A stretch of DNA of 61,127 nt from Octopus bimaculoides (lineage: Eukaryota). The stretch spans positions 155,435,857 to 155,496,983 of the forward strand of contig NC_068983.1 of NCBI RefSeq assembly GCF_001194135.2, in the 5' to 3' direction. The notes beneath the pieces are model-generated. The model was given only the letters and a program-made list of their open reading frames with translations, was not told the DNA's origin and did no database searches. Of this stretch, positions 12,149 to 24,434 are shown one piece after another. The translations under genes were made by a program, and so were the position numbers. Numbering within the stretch: the first letter of the stretch is position 1; the number at the start of each line of letters is the position of its first letter.

Positions 12149-12995
12149 TCACACTCGCCAGCGACAATGATACATTGCCCATTGCATAGTTTAGGCGGGA
12201 ACCGTCACGATTCTAGCGTCACCGACACGACTGTGTCTTCTGATACTTATAACTGTTGCGAAGTGCCATTGGCGCTAAAAATGTGGAGCCTTGCTCACCT
12301 TCGAAAGCAAAGAACTAACAAGATGTTCAATGTTGCCTTCTGTTTACAGATCGCAGTCGTATGTGGTTCGAGAGATATAGGTGCTGTTTCTGCTACTGGT
12401 GTTGCTGCTGCTGTTGTTATTCAGGTTTTTGATTTTACTACTGTTCCCTGTTGCTTTTGCTGCTGCTGCTGCTGCTGCTGCTGTTGTTGTTGTTGTTAGC
12501 GCTTCTACATGTTTACTAAACAATCAAACAACCTGCTATATGATTTACATAGTTTCCATTACAGTTGATAAATACAAGAATTCTGGCAACAAACTTCCTT
12601 TCCTTTCTGATGAATCATTAATGTTTGTCAGTTGAACATAATGAAAATTATTTGTCACTTCCTCCTTTATATCCACTCTCATTCGTTCTAATTCAATCAC
12701 TACCTCCTCTCTCTCTGCCCCAACTCTCTCTATTTCTCTTACTCTATCACTCTCACTATATTTTGTGATCTATCTATCTATCTATCATTTTTTTTTTCGA
12801 ACTGGCTATCTTTGATTATTTTTGTATTATTTTTCTCTTTCAATTTGCGTTTGTATTCGTCTTCCTGCTTGTCTCTCTGCTTTTCCAACATACCAACAGT
12901 AAAATCCCCTTCTTTCATCCCCCTCTCTCATTTTCTTTCACTCGTTTATATTTTATGATTTTGTTGTTAGCCTCTAATACTATCTCTTTCTATCT

Positions 12996-13088
<93 letters not shown>

Positions 13089-14574
13089 TGGCTGTTTTAT
13101 TCTAGCTCATAGTCTCTCTCTCTCTCTCTCTCTCTTTCTAGTCCCACAGCTCGTTTACGTTATCTCTAACATAAAATGCACAAATTTCGCCTTTCTTTTC
13201 TTCTTCTTCCCCTTATTCTTACTTCAAATTAGGTTTCTCTTTTACTCTTTTTCTCTTTGCACCATCCCTTCCCTTTCTATACACCTTTCTCTCTTCATCT
13301 CTCTCTACCCTTCACTTTATTGTCTTCTCTAACGTACTTGCAGACTTTGCCTCTTTTCGCATCTCTCTCTTTCTCCCATTTTTTTCTGAGAATTTGTCAT
13401 TTATTTTCATCTCTCTATCTCTCTCTCTTTTTCGATCCTTTCTTCTCCCCACCCCTCTCTCTTTCTCTCTCTCTCTCTCTCATATACACATTATCTTTTC
13501 TTTAGAACATTCTTTTTTCCACATCTGCGTGTGTATGTATGCATGTATATATTTATGCGTATGTATTTGCCTCCCCCATCGCTTGACAAACTGTTGGTTT
13601 GATTACGTCCCCGTAACATAGAATTCGGCTAACGTCACCGATGGAATAAATACCAGGCTTAAAAAAAAGTTCTGGAATCGAATTGGTCGCTGAAACACGG
13701 GGCCCCTGTATCCATAGTGCAATGATTAAAATGAGTAAAGAATAAAAGATAAACGATGAAAGATTGATGTAGACAAAACAACAGCTGTGCTCACGAGCCA
13801 TCAAAACCCACTCCTCTATGATATGGGTACGATTAGAACACATTGGTCATTCGTCTGCTGGATTAAAGACTGAACTGGTACAAAACAACCGAGGCGCTCA
13901 CTACTTTTCGAAGAAATACACAAAATGAATTCAAGCATCTCTTTTTGGACAGATATAATTTCATGTCAAGAGGTTAAGTTACATATGTCCTTTGCGATAT
14001 TTTCAATAGAGATTGTTTCAAATATCATTTATTTTATTCATCTATTATAGTTATATATGCCTATCTACAGCGCTAATGATTACCTGTCACTTGAAGACCG
14101 CCATAACTGTCCATTCAAGTGAATGCTTATGCGTGATTTTCTTTCGTAAGAGTTGATGAGTCTGCATAAACAGACAAGTAAAACCGCAGGGCTGGCTGTG
14201 GTTAGTGAAGAAATAAAATATGTATAAAATAGGAGTAGCGATATTACATTGGTTGAGAATATTTCTATAAAAAATGTATTTCAAGAGTGGTTTATAAAAA
14301 TGAATCAGACGCCTGTTGATAGACGCAGAACTTGTGCCGAATAGCAGCTTTCTGTAGATATGTGTGTAATAGTTTAGCGTTAAATTGATGTGTAAGAGCT
14401 CTTTCTTTTTTTTTTCCATAATGATGACTTGATTAGATAGTCAGTAAGATAGATAGACTGACAGACAAACACACTGACGGATAGTTAAATATACAGATAT
14501 ATAGGAAGATAGGTTGATAGATACAAGTAGACAGATAGTCGATAAAGACACGCATAAACACACATATATACATG

Positions 14575-14612
<38 letters not shown>

Positions 14613-15155
14613 GCATACATCTGTGTAAGTGTATACAGTTCTCTCTTTCCACACACGCATACATAGGTATACACAGACATATTTATAAATAAATGAATGA
14701 ATAAATGATATATATATATATATATATATATAGATAGATAGATAGATAGATAGATAGAGATATAGATATACACACACACACATACATACAAGCAAGCACA
14801 CATATCTGTCTACCTATTATCTGTATATACACGTGTGTGTATGTTTTGTATGTGTGTAAAGGATATTTAATTTACAAAATGACGTCTTACTTTGTTAAAT
14901 TGACAATAAATGAAGTGTAATGTAATATATTTTAGTGTATAAAATATTCGGTAAAAAGAGAACATAGCAAGTAAATAGAAACTTAAAACTTGAAAAAAAT
15001 GTAGAATAAATAGATTTCAAGATGTCGTTAGTGGGTGGCAGAATCGTTAGAGCGTCGCACAGAATTCTATATGGCATTTAAAATTCTTTTACGATCTGAG
15101 CTCAAACCTCGTGAAGTTAAATGACTTATAAAGCGATTAATATACTTTGTAGTAT

Positions 15156-15371
15156 AAGGCAGCAAGCTAGCAGAAACGTTTGCACACCGGTTGAAATGCT
15201 TAGCAGTATTTCGTCTATCTTTGTGTTCTGAGATCAAATTCTGTCGAGGTCGACTTTGCCTTTCATCCTTTCGGGGTCGATAAATTAAGTACCAGTTGCG
15301 TACTGGAGGTCGATCTAATCAACTGGCCCCCTGACCCCAAAATTTCGGGCCTCGTGCCTAGAGTAGAAAAG
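15156..15371 (+). mobile_element. SINE family C, tail type 1
   Basis: A-box-like tagcagaaacgtt, B-box-like gatcaaattct, tail ccctgaccccaaaatttcgggcctcgtgcctagagtagaaaag; flanked by aatatactttgtag repeats. Confidence 0.9.
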
Positions 15372-15389
15372 AATATACTTTGTAGAGTA

Positions 15390-15623
15390 TAGGGCGGTGA
15401 GCTGGCAGAATCGTTAGCACACCGGGCGAAATGCTTAGCGATATTTCGTCTGTCATTACGTTCTGAGTTCAAATTCCGCCGAGGTCGACTTTGCTTTTCA
15501 TCGTTTCGGGGTCGATTAAATAATTACCAGTTACGCGCTGGGGTCGATGTAATCGACTTAATCCCCTTGTCTGTCCTTGTTTGTCCCCTCTATGTTTAGC
15601 TACTTGTGGGCAATGAAGAAATA
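15390..15623 (+). mobile_element. SINE family C, tail type 2
   Basis: tggcagaatcgttag / gttcaaattcc boxes; tail cccttgtctgtccttgtttgtcccctctatgtttagc...gtgggcaatgaagaaataa. Confidence 0.9.
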
Positions 15624-16553
15624 AATATACTCTAGTTTAAACACACACCCTTACACCATTAACTACTAATTATAATACAGAATTATATTTTTGTGGGTAT
15701 ATGTTAAACCAGTGACTGACTAAATCTATCACCCACAAGTTCATAATACAAACAACCGGAATAGATATCAAAAGACGTTTTGCCCGACTCTAACAATTTC
15801 TCCTTGGAGTGATTGTTTATTTTATTGATCCTGAAAGAAAGAAAGGTAAAGTTAACTTCGGTGGGTTTCGAACTCAGAGTGCAGAAAGCCGGAATATATT
15901 ACTCCTAGGTGTTTTTCCTACGCTCTAATGTATCTACCAATCTATCTCATTGTTTGTCGTAACGAAGAGGAAACATATAACGTTTCGGGAAGATGCTTTC
16001 GTCAAATCCTTCAAACTTACTGTTTACTTTTACATACATAAGCTCCTTCTGTAATAAAATAAAACATACAACCCAGTTTTGATTTACTATTGAGCAAAAG
16101 AAACCCAGAACTCTAAGATATGAGAGGTGGTCTGCATCATTTAAAATATTTTAGCAGTTTTAAAATATGGCGTGAAGGTAATGTGTTAGGAGAAAGAATA
16201 TTGCTAAAATATTTATGGAAGAACCGATTGGAAAGATTTCAAGAATAGGTGAAGAAGAAATTATGTAAGAAGTGTAATGGTATGAAGATATGACCATACT
16301 AAAGAGTACGAAAAGGTCAGCGGCCCGAGAGTCGAAGATAAGTGAAGGTTTGTGTGTGGCTAATAGGGCTGCGATGGATGTACTGATAGCCCAACTCCTC
16401 GCCTGCGATTGTATAATTTATTTTCCACTAGACTGGCGTGTATAGATAAATGACGCCTCCTGGGAACACGTAAAAGTATTACAGTCTCATCAAATATAAC
16501 AAAATTCACTGAATGCAGTAGTCTGGTTTATTGATGTGTATAAGACAACTCGC

Positions 16554-16642
<89 letters not shown>

Positions 16643-17450
16643 CAACTATGCCTACTCCATATAATATAGAACTTCATATTTTATAATACGTTTTTTTTTT
16701 GTTTTTGTTATCACTAGTGACGAGCCAACTGGTAAATGTCATGGCTGAAACCCCCTCCAATCAGAGTTGTTATTTTTTCTTCCAATACTTTGCTTTGTCA
16801 CTCCATTTTCTAATCTTCTATTAACATCTTATTTGCCCGGAGTCTCGCTTCGTTCCCCGACTCTCTATTGTTCTTATCTCATTACTTCACCGCATATTTT
16901 TTCAAACCTGCAATCACAATGCAATCATAAACATTTGCATAATGTTCTGCCAACCAACGAAACCGCTAACCACATCAAGAAAGAATATGACTGTCACACA
17001 ACTTATGTAGCTTATCTCCGGTTCCAAATCTCCGAATTGAGAAAGAGATTACTTAATTACGAGACGTATGTGGTTTAGGTATTTTAATGAGTTCATAAAA
17101 ATGTCCTAAAAGAACTGCATCATTCGAAGCTCATTGTCGTTTAGGTTTACAATATTACCTGGATTGCTAAAAGGAGGAACAACTTTGATCATCATCGGCA
17201 ATGATTATTATAGTTTTCTGACGTTACGATGATAACGATATTGAAGATGATAACGATGGTTATAGTGGGGTTCGTTTTGCTGTAGTTATTGTTGTTGCAG
17301 CTTTTGTTGCTATGGTTGTTTAGCCCCAATACAATCCTGTTGAAGCAGACGTATGTCTAAAGGTGTTCCTACCTTGACAATTTCGTTTTTACTTTTTCCA
17401 TGTATTATGTATCCCACGTTACGTATTTTCCTATCTGTATATTTTTCTTG

Positions 17451-17840
17451 GTTGTTGTTGTTGGCACTCCATCGCTTACGACGTCGAGGGTTCCAGTTGA
17501 TCCAATAAACGGAACAGCCTGCTCGTGAAATTAACGTGCAAGTGGCTGAGCACTCCACAGACACGTGTACCCTTAACGTAGTTCTCGGGGATATTCAGCG
17601 TGACACAGTGTGACAAGGCTGGCCCTTTGAATTACAGGCACAACAGAAACAGGAAGAAAGAGTGAGAGAAAGTTGTGGTGAAAGAGTACAGCAGGATTCG
17701 CCACCATCCCCTGCCGGAGCCTCGTGGAGCTTTAGTTGTTTTCGCTCAATAAACACTCACAACGCCCGGTCTGGGAATCGAAACTGCGATCCTACGACCG
17801 CGAGTCCACTGCCCTAACCACTAGGCCATTGCGCCTCCAC
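17451..17840 (-). mobile_element. SINE family A, full length (tRNA-like head, (AAC)n tail)
   Basis: Minus strand starts gtggaggcgcaatggcctagtggttaggg (A box) ... gtttcgattccc (B box) and ends gtgccaacaacaacaac; seven related copies in the window. Confidence 0.95.
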
Positions 17841-19080
17841 CTTTTTCTAGGATGGTAGGTAGAAAGATGTCATTTGCTGGAGATTAGGCTGGTATTTTTT
17901 CTAATAGGTCGAGCGGCTACGTAGGCTTTTTGGTTGCCTTTGTGTTGTTTGAGGATGATAGTGAAGATTATGGTAGGAAGATGAAGTTACAGCACCTAGA
18001 GTGATAATCGTAAATATGATGATGGTGATGACATAAATTCGATGGTGATGTTGATAATGATGATTAAGATGATGATGTCATTGATATTATTGACGATGTT
18101 TACAAGCGTTGCCATCACAGATCATTATTATGATTTTCCTGATTATTTCTAAGATCATATTCGTCCTCTTAATCATTGTCACCATTATAATTCTTAGTGT
18201 AATCTATGTTTTATCTGTTACTGCCACTGACGTCGACATGACAGTTATCTACAAATAATCGTACAACATTTAGTGTTCAACTGGCCATAAATATCTCACC
18301 ATTTGTTAATTTACACATTCTTCTTATCAACATAAATTTGTTTACTCACCCTCCCTATACCCAATCATGCATTCAGCTAAAAAAATATAATCAAAGCGAC
18401 AGCAATAATAATAATTTCTACATACATATTCATATATAGAGATGTGTCTATATGTATATGTGTCTGTTTGTGTGTTTGTGTCTGTATGTGTGAGTGAGTT
18501 TGTGTATGTGTGCGCGTGTGGGTGTACGTGCGTGTGCGTGTGTGTGTTGTGCTTGTTTGTATATATAGGTACAATGCACCGAATAATAAAAATTCGCCTC
18601 GATACTGAGGTGTTCGATTTCACTTCGTAGAATCGCCGACAAAGCGTAAATTTCTATATCCTGATAACCCTTAAAGACGAACCTAGTCGTAACTAGGGTG
18701 TCCTTACCCTAACTATTAGCAGCCGATACTTTGAACGTATCTTGGTGATTACAGTAGGGTAGATAGGCTCGGTAGGATAGGTGACACGCACATTATTGCA
18801 GAGTATAAATCCCTGTTTACCTATATAGTAAGTTTATTTCTCCTTATACGAACAATCACCGTGACAGTTAAGACTTACACTACACACCCATCCTCGATAC
18901 GGTAGCTGTTACGCAACTTGATATCACCGAACCTGTTAACTCCTCAAATGGCAATTGTCGTCGTTGAATTAACGAATCGTAAAGAGCGCTGACTACTTAA
19001 TACCGATGCTCCACTTGATCTGATCTACTATGTGGAGCATATAATGTGATGATCTGTCATCGCTGTGTAGCCAAAGTTTT

Positions 19081-19651
19081 GGATCTTTTTTAAAACGGGG
19101 GCCACATTTTTCATTAACGAAACACTTTGAAACTTGGAACACTGGTAGAATGTGTCATATAAAACATCTTTTTCTCTTAGTCTTCTTCTTAAAAAAAGAA
19201 ATCCCTAAGTTATTCCATGTGAAAGTTGTCGTATTTCTGTAATTTCAACCAATCACTGACGTCCATTCAGCCGATATACATTAAGTGCCGACTACATAAA
19301 CAAACGATTCTGAAACAATTCTATCGGTGATAGGGTTAGGGTTAGTGTTAGGGTTAGGGTAAAACAGCAAATTTAAAAAGAAAAAAGAAAAACGAAGCTA
19401 TGGAAATTAAATACACTTTACACCGCTTAATCAGCCAAAGGAGTAAATGTAAACAACTGAATACTTGTCAGTGATTGATTGAAATTATCGAAATAAGACA
19501 ATTTTTTACATGAAATAAATTCGAATACAAAAATATTTTTCTGTTCTATAACACAAAATAGATAAGTATACGAAGTTTGAAAGTCTTTCGGTACCAAAAA
19601 CACTACGTAAAACATTAATGAAAAATGTGGTCCCCGTTTTAAAAAAGATCC
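19081..19651. mobile_element. Non-autonomous foldback DNA transposon, GGATC termini, 8-bp TSD (Merlin- or hAT-like)
   Basis: 37-bp TIRs with 1 mismatch (ggatcttttttaaaacgggg[g/a]ccacatttttcattaa). TSD aaagtttt at 19073-19080 and 19652-19659. Imperfect inverted arms of about 200 bp around a core with TTAGGG repeats. Confidence 0.9.
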
Positions 19652-19728
19652 AAAGTTTTTAGGTGATAAGAACTGAAGAGTGGAGGTCCAAATACTCTTA
19701 ACTAAAAGTCATTCTAAAATTTCTGTTA

Positions 19729-19819
19729 AATTGTTTTCATTCCGACTCCGTACATCTGAGGATGTAATCGCAAATCGTGTCCTCGTCTTCAGGTGTACGG
19801 AGTCAGGGTGAAGAGAATT
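19729..19819 (+). ncRNA. Candidate pri-/pre-miRNA hairpin
   Basis: 19744-19764 pairs fully with 19784-19804 (21 bp, 3 G-U) around a 19-nt loop; basal stem 19729-19743/19805-19819 adds 13 pairs and 2 mismatches. Confidence 0.45.
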
Positions 19820-20699
19820 CAAAATAAGTTGACGCAGTGTGAAACTGGGTCAACGTGTTTTATACACATACGCACATAAATATATACATACGTATGTGTG
19901 TGTGCGTGTATGAATGTATGTATGTATATGTACTTGTATATGTATATGTAATTAACAGTTCAAGAATGAAATGTAATTCGGCTGTTGACAAGAATCAAAC
20001 CAGTCACCACTTGTTTACTAATCAGGATGGAAGAACTCACTGTTGCACAGCAGGACTTTTCACTGATTAGATAAACATATTATAAATTACAATAATCCAT
20101 TTATATGAGAAAAGCACACACACACTGCAATTCCTTTCTTATTGACGTCAATTACATAATCGAATTTTTAGAAAAGATCCATACGAGAACAAAGTAACAA
20201 AGGCAATAGTAAAAAGAACCAGTACTGATAACAGCGAAGCTAAACAATAAAAACTCACATAATGTTATGATATCTGAACTCGTAGTAAGCAAAACAAACT
20301 TTCATTTCTGCTTTGATGAGGCATGAAATAGGATTTTTATTGTTATATCAATGAATACACGAGCGGATAAGAATGCTGCTATTAAACAAGAACTAACCGG
20401 CATACAATTAAGTAAACCAATGTTATTCAAAAGGCGAACGATTGAGTTGCTGGACTACTTACTTACTCATAGGTCGTGAGTTCAAGATCGCGACAAGAAT
20501 GTCTTTCCATTTATGTGCTGGCTACATTGTTTTACTTTTATATATAAAAATGACATTCATTCAAGCTATCAAAAATAGGAACCAGGCTGTCTGGGAAAAG
20601 GTCAAGAGGGTTGTTCAGACGTAAGGTCGAGCAATTAAATCTATTTATTAGGGAGTGCGTGGGATAAATAAATGTTTATAATTATATATATGTGCGTGC

Positions 20700-20747
<48 letters not shown>

Positions 20748-21009
20748 NNNNNNNNNNNNNNNNNNNNNNNNNNNNNNNNNNNNNNNNNNNNNNNNNNNNN
20801 NNNNNNNNNNNNNNNNNNNNNNNNNNNNNNNNNNNNNNNNNNNNNNNNNNNNNNNNNNNNNNNNNNNNNNNNNNNNNNNNNNNNNNNNNNNNNNNNNNNN
20901 NNNNNNNNNNNNNNNNNNNNNNNNNNNNNNNNNNNNNNNNNNNNNNNNNNNNNNNNNNNNNNNNNNNNNNNNNNNNNNNNNNNNNNNNNNNNNNNNNNNN
21001 NNNNNNNNN

Positions 21010-21049
<40 letters not shown>

Positions 21050-21359
21050 GTATGTCTGTGTAACTGTAAGTATGTATGTAAGTAAGTATTAATGTGCGCG
21101 TGTGTGTCTGCATCAGTGTGAAATAGCAAATTTCTTTGCAATCGTAGATATATTTAATCATAATCGTGAAACGTGAGTAATGGATACAAAAACTGTGTAC
21201 ACACACAGACGTATATAATAGCAAATCGGTTTACAAGCCAACAAAATATATTTAACCATATTCGTAAAGCATGTGTAATAAGTGTAAAAATCGTACATAT
21301 GTATGTACCTGGTTTGTACAAAATAATGGAAACACCTAGCATCATAGCATCATAATTTT

Positions 21360-21772
21360 GGAGTATCTATAAAACCGTCAAAATCAGGTTAATTTTTATG
21401 TTATTTGATTTATTAATAGTGTTGCTTAACATGTTTTTGCTAAAATTGCTGCTTCTTTAAAGATATCATCAGAAAAAGGTAATTAAAATTCATTAAAATG
21501 ACAGATCTATCGGACTTTCAAAGAGGTCAAATTGTTGATACTCGTATGGCAGGTGAGTGTAACGAAAACAGCCGAAATATTTGGTGTATCAAGAAGTACT
21601 GTCTCGAAAGTAATGACAGCCTTTGAGAAAGAGGGAAAAACCTCCTCGTCGAAACAAAACTCTGGAAGAAAACCAAGACTTTCAGATAGGGATCGTCGGA
21701 GTCTTACGCGAATTGTTAGAAAGGATCACAAAAGAAAAGCTCCCAATATTACTGCAGAGCTTAATGACCATG
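21360..21772 (+). mobile_element. Tc1-like transposon, 5' fragment (paired-type HTH DNA-binding region)
   Basis: From ATG 21498: MTDLSDFQRGQIV...SVTKTAEIFGVSRSTVSKVMTAFEKEGKT...SGRKPRLSDRDRRSLTRIVRKDH...ITAELNDH, then abrupt truncation. 5' boundary approximate. Confidence 0.85.
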
Positions 21773-22032
21773 AGTCGAGCGCAACATATATTAACTCATT
21801 TGACTTGACATAGATTATTTCGGAAGTAAGAAACTCAGAGATTACAATATGTAAGCAAATTTAAAACTGCGACCGTGGTCAATATATGACAAGATATGGA
21901 TCATAGTTAAAGAAAGAAGAAAAATCAAATGTAATAATTATAAGTTTAAATACTTATTAGTGTTTAGGCGTGACACATGCTTTACTTGTGTATAATATCA
22001 CGAGCTGGCGCTTGAGTAACCTATACATCAAA

Positions 22033-22416
22033 GTTGTTGGCACTCCGTCGCTAACGACGTCGAGGGTTCCAGTTGATCCGATCAACGGAACAGCCTGCTC
22101 GTGAAATTTACGAGCAAGTGGCTGAGTACTCCACAGACACGTGTGCCCTTAACGTAGTTCTCGGGGATATTCAGCGTGACACAGTGTGACAAGGCTGACC
22201 CTTTGAATTACAGGCACAACAGAAACAAGAAGAAAGAGTGAGAGAAAGTTGTGGTGAAAGAGTACAGCAAGGTTTGCCACCATCCCCTGCTGGAGCCTCA
22301 TGGAGCTTTAGATGTTTTCGCTCAATAAACACTCACAACGGCCGGTCTGGGAATCGAAACCACGATCCTATGACCTCGAGTTCGCTTCCCTAACCACTGG
22401 GCCATTGCGCCTCCAC
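22033..22416 (-). mobile_element. SINE family A, full length with TSD
   Basis: Full head-to-tail match to 17451-17840; 11-bp TSD atacatcaaag at 22023-22033 and 22417-22427. Confidence 0.95.
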
Positions 22417-23041
22417 ATACATCAAAGATATAAGAACTAAAATGATTGAAGGGAAACAAGTAGCTCTGTCATAGAAGTATGTTCTTTATTTCATAGATTT
22501 AACTTTAATACAAGCTATAAACCAAACCGCTATCGGCTGCTTGTAGATGCGTCCTACAAAAGTGCAGTTCGACCAACAGGTACACACAAACACACGCACG
22601 CACACACACACAGACACAAATATATGTGTGTGTATATTTTTAGACATCAGTGTAAGTAAACATGAACGTAAGTACATCCACATATACAGAGGTAATCGCT
22701 TGATTACATGACTACATTAAGCTGTAATGGATGAAGGATCCAATACAGATGTAAAATTAAGATATTTACAATCACTAATGATTATTTACTCCGAAATTTC
22801 ACCGATACTCGCTTCCCAGAACAGCGTTTGGTGAGATACGATGTTCTCCATATATAATATGATTACGTATCGCGTAATAGTATTATCTAAATATACACAT
22901 AATTGGAGGGAAGGAAAGTTTTGGTACAGGATGTAAAAAATTCAGCTTTAAATTAGCATTCATACAAGTGTAGAAACACACACATACACACACACACACA
23001 CACATGCATATATATATATTATATTTGCATTATTGTATGAA

Positions 23042-23081
<40 letters not shown>

Positions 23082-23207
23082 AATCTGAGTGTGTATGTGA
23101 GTGTGTGGATAGAAAGATAGATAGATGCAGTCATGACGAAAAATTGGACCAAATGAGACAAAATAGAGTTTGTCAACAGAGAAAAAAAAATTTGTACAAC
23201 GAACTTT

Positions 23208-23430
23208 GGATCTTTCTGAATTGACGGGTGCCATTTTTTATTTATGTTTTATTCAGTGTGTTTTCTACCGAAACACTTTCAAACTTCGTATACTTGTATA
23301 TTTTGTGTTATAGAACAGATAAAAAAATTTGTATTCGAAGTTATTTCATGTAAAAAATGTCGTATTTCGGTAATATCAACCAATCACTGACGTCTATTGA
23401 GGTGAAAACAATTACTGCTGTGGATTGTAA
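23208..23430. mobile_element. Diverged single arm of the GGATC foldback family
   Basis: Matches the reverse complement of 19455-19651 (ggatcttt...ctttcaaacttcgtatactt...gtgttatagaacag...ccaatcactgacgtc). Confidence 0.8.
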
Positions 23431-23789
23431 ACAAAACGTTGTGCGGTGTAATGGGATCTTTTCCCTTGAATAAAATTAGTGCCGTTGTTTGTCAGCAACA
23501 ACTATCGGCGGTACTGTTATTTATAACATCGTTCGTGCGTTTGTGAAGTGCCTAATTGACACGCTTTCTTGTTATCATTTTGTGGCAAAATTCTGATAAG
23601 ATGTTCCACTTGCTATTAAATTGCATGTTAGTGTTCTTTAGCTATCAAAAATACGCTGAGATTCTAGCAGTGACTTTTCTATGACTTCAAAATGTTGGAT
23701 TAGAAACCAAAAGCTTTACCCTCGACTGAACAAGTTATGTTTTACTGGGACGAAATCCTTAGGTATTGTCATGTTCTCTTACAAACTAA

Positions 23790-24053
23790 CTGATCTTACA
23801 TAGATAGAAAGATGGAATAACTTGCTCGTAAAATCAACGTGCAAGTGGCTGAACACTCCACAACCACGTGTACCCTTAACGTAGTTCTCAGGGAGATTCA
23901 GTGTGACACAGAGTGTGACAAGGCTGGCCCTTTGAAATACAGGTACTACTCATTTTCGGCAGTTGAGTTGAGTGAAACAATGTGAAATAAAGTGTCTTGC
24001 TCAAGGACACAATGCGTCACCGGGAATTGAACTCACAACTTTATGATCGTGAA
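23790..24053 (-). mobile_element. SINE family B (family-A 3' half, different 5' half)
   Basis: Shares aacgtgcaagtggctg...cccttaacgtagttctc...gacaaggctggccctttgaa with family A; 5' part has gagttcaattccc and tgtccttgagcaagacactttatttcac. Confidence 0.85.
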
Positions 24054-24134
24054 TCGAAACATTTGTAGTGATTAATAAACATTATAGAGTCGAAACATTT
24101 GTAGTGATTAATAAACATTCTTATATCTTCCGTC

Positions 24135-24434
24135 TCTCTCATTGCACCTAGAAAGTTGCCCCCTGAGGCACAAGTCTGAGCAAGGTTGATTATGGAAGAC
24201 CAGCAGTCACCCAGGCATATCAACCCCCCGCCCCTCGACACAACTGATGTTAACTATGGGAAAAGCAAAGGCTGATACAGCTTGGCACCAGTGACATTGC
24301 AGCTCCTTTCTACAGCTGAGTGAACTGGAGCAATGTGAAATAAAGTGTCTTGCTCAAGGACGCAACACACAGCCCGCTCCGGGAATCGAACTCATTAGCC
24401 ATGATTGTGAGCCCGATGCTTTAACCACTGAGCC
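24135..24434 (-). mobile_element. SINE family F
   Basis: Minus head ggctcagtggttaaagcatcgggc...gagttcgattcccgg; module tccttgagcaagacactttatttcacattgctccagttcactcagctg; unique tail. Confidence 0.8.

Noticed and set aside
12350-12380. Microexon candidate (DRSRMWFERY)
   Set aside because: Good acceptor but weak donor (gtgctg), and no partner exons identified.
17451-17840. tRNA gene calls for SINE heads, and recurring ORFs such as MSVECSATCTL / MSHCVTLNIPENYVKG
   Set aside because: The heads have A/B boxes but no complete cloverleaf and continue into SINE bodies; the ORFs are incidental SINE translations.
19006-19040. 9-bp inverted repeat atgctccac/gtggagcat
   Set aside because: The stem does not extend convincingly; too short for a pre-miRNA.
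19331-19360. Telomere or chromosome-fusion site
   Set aside because: Short TTAGGG run that lies inside a TIR-bounded transposon.
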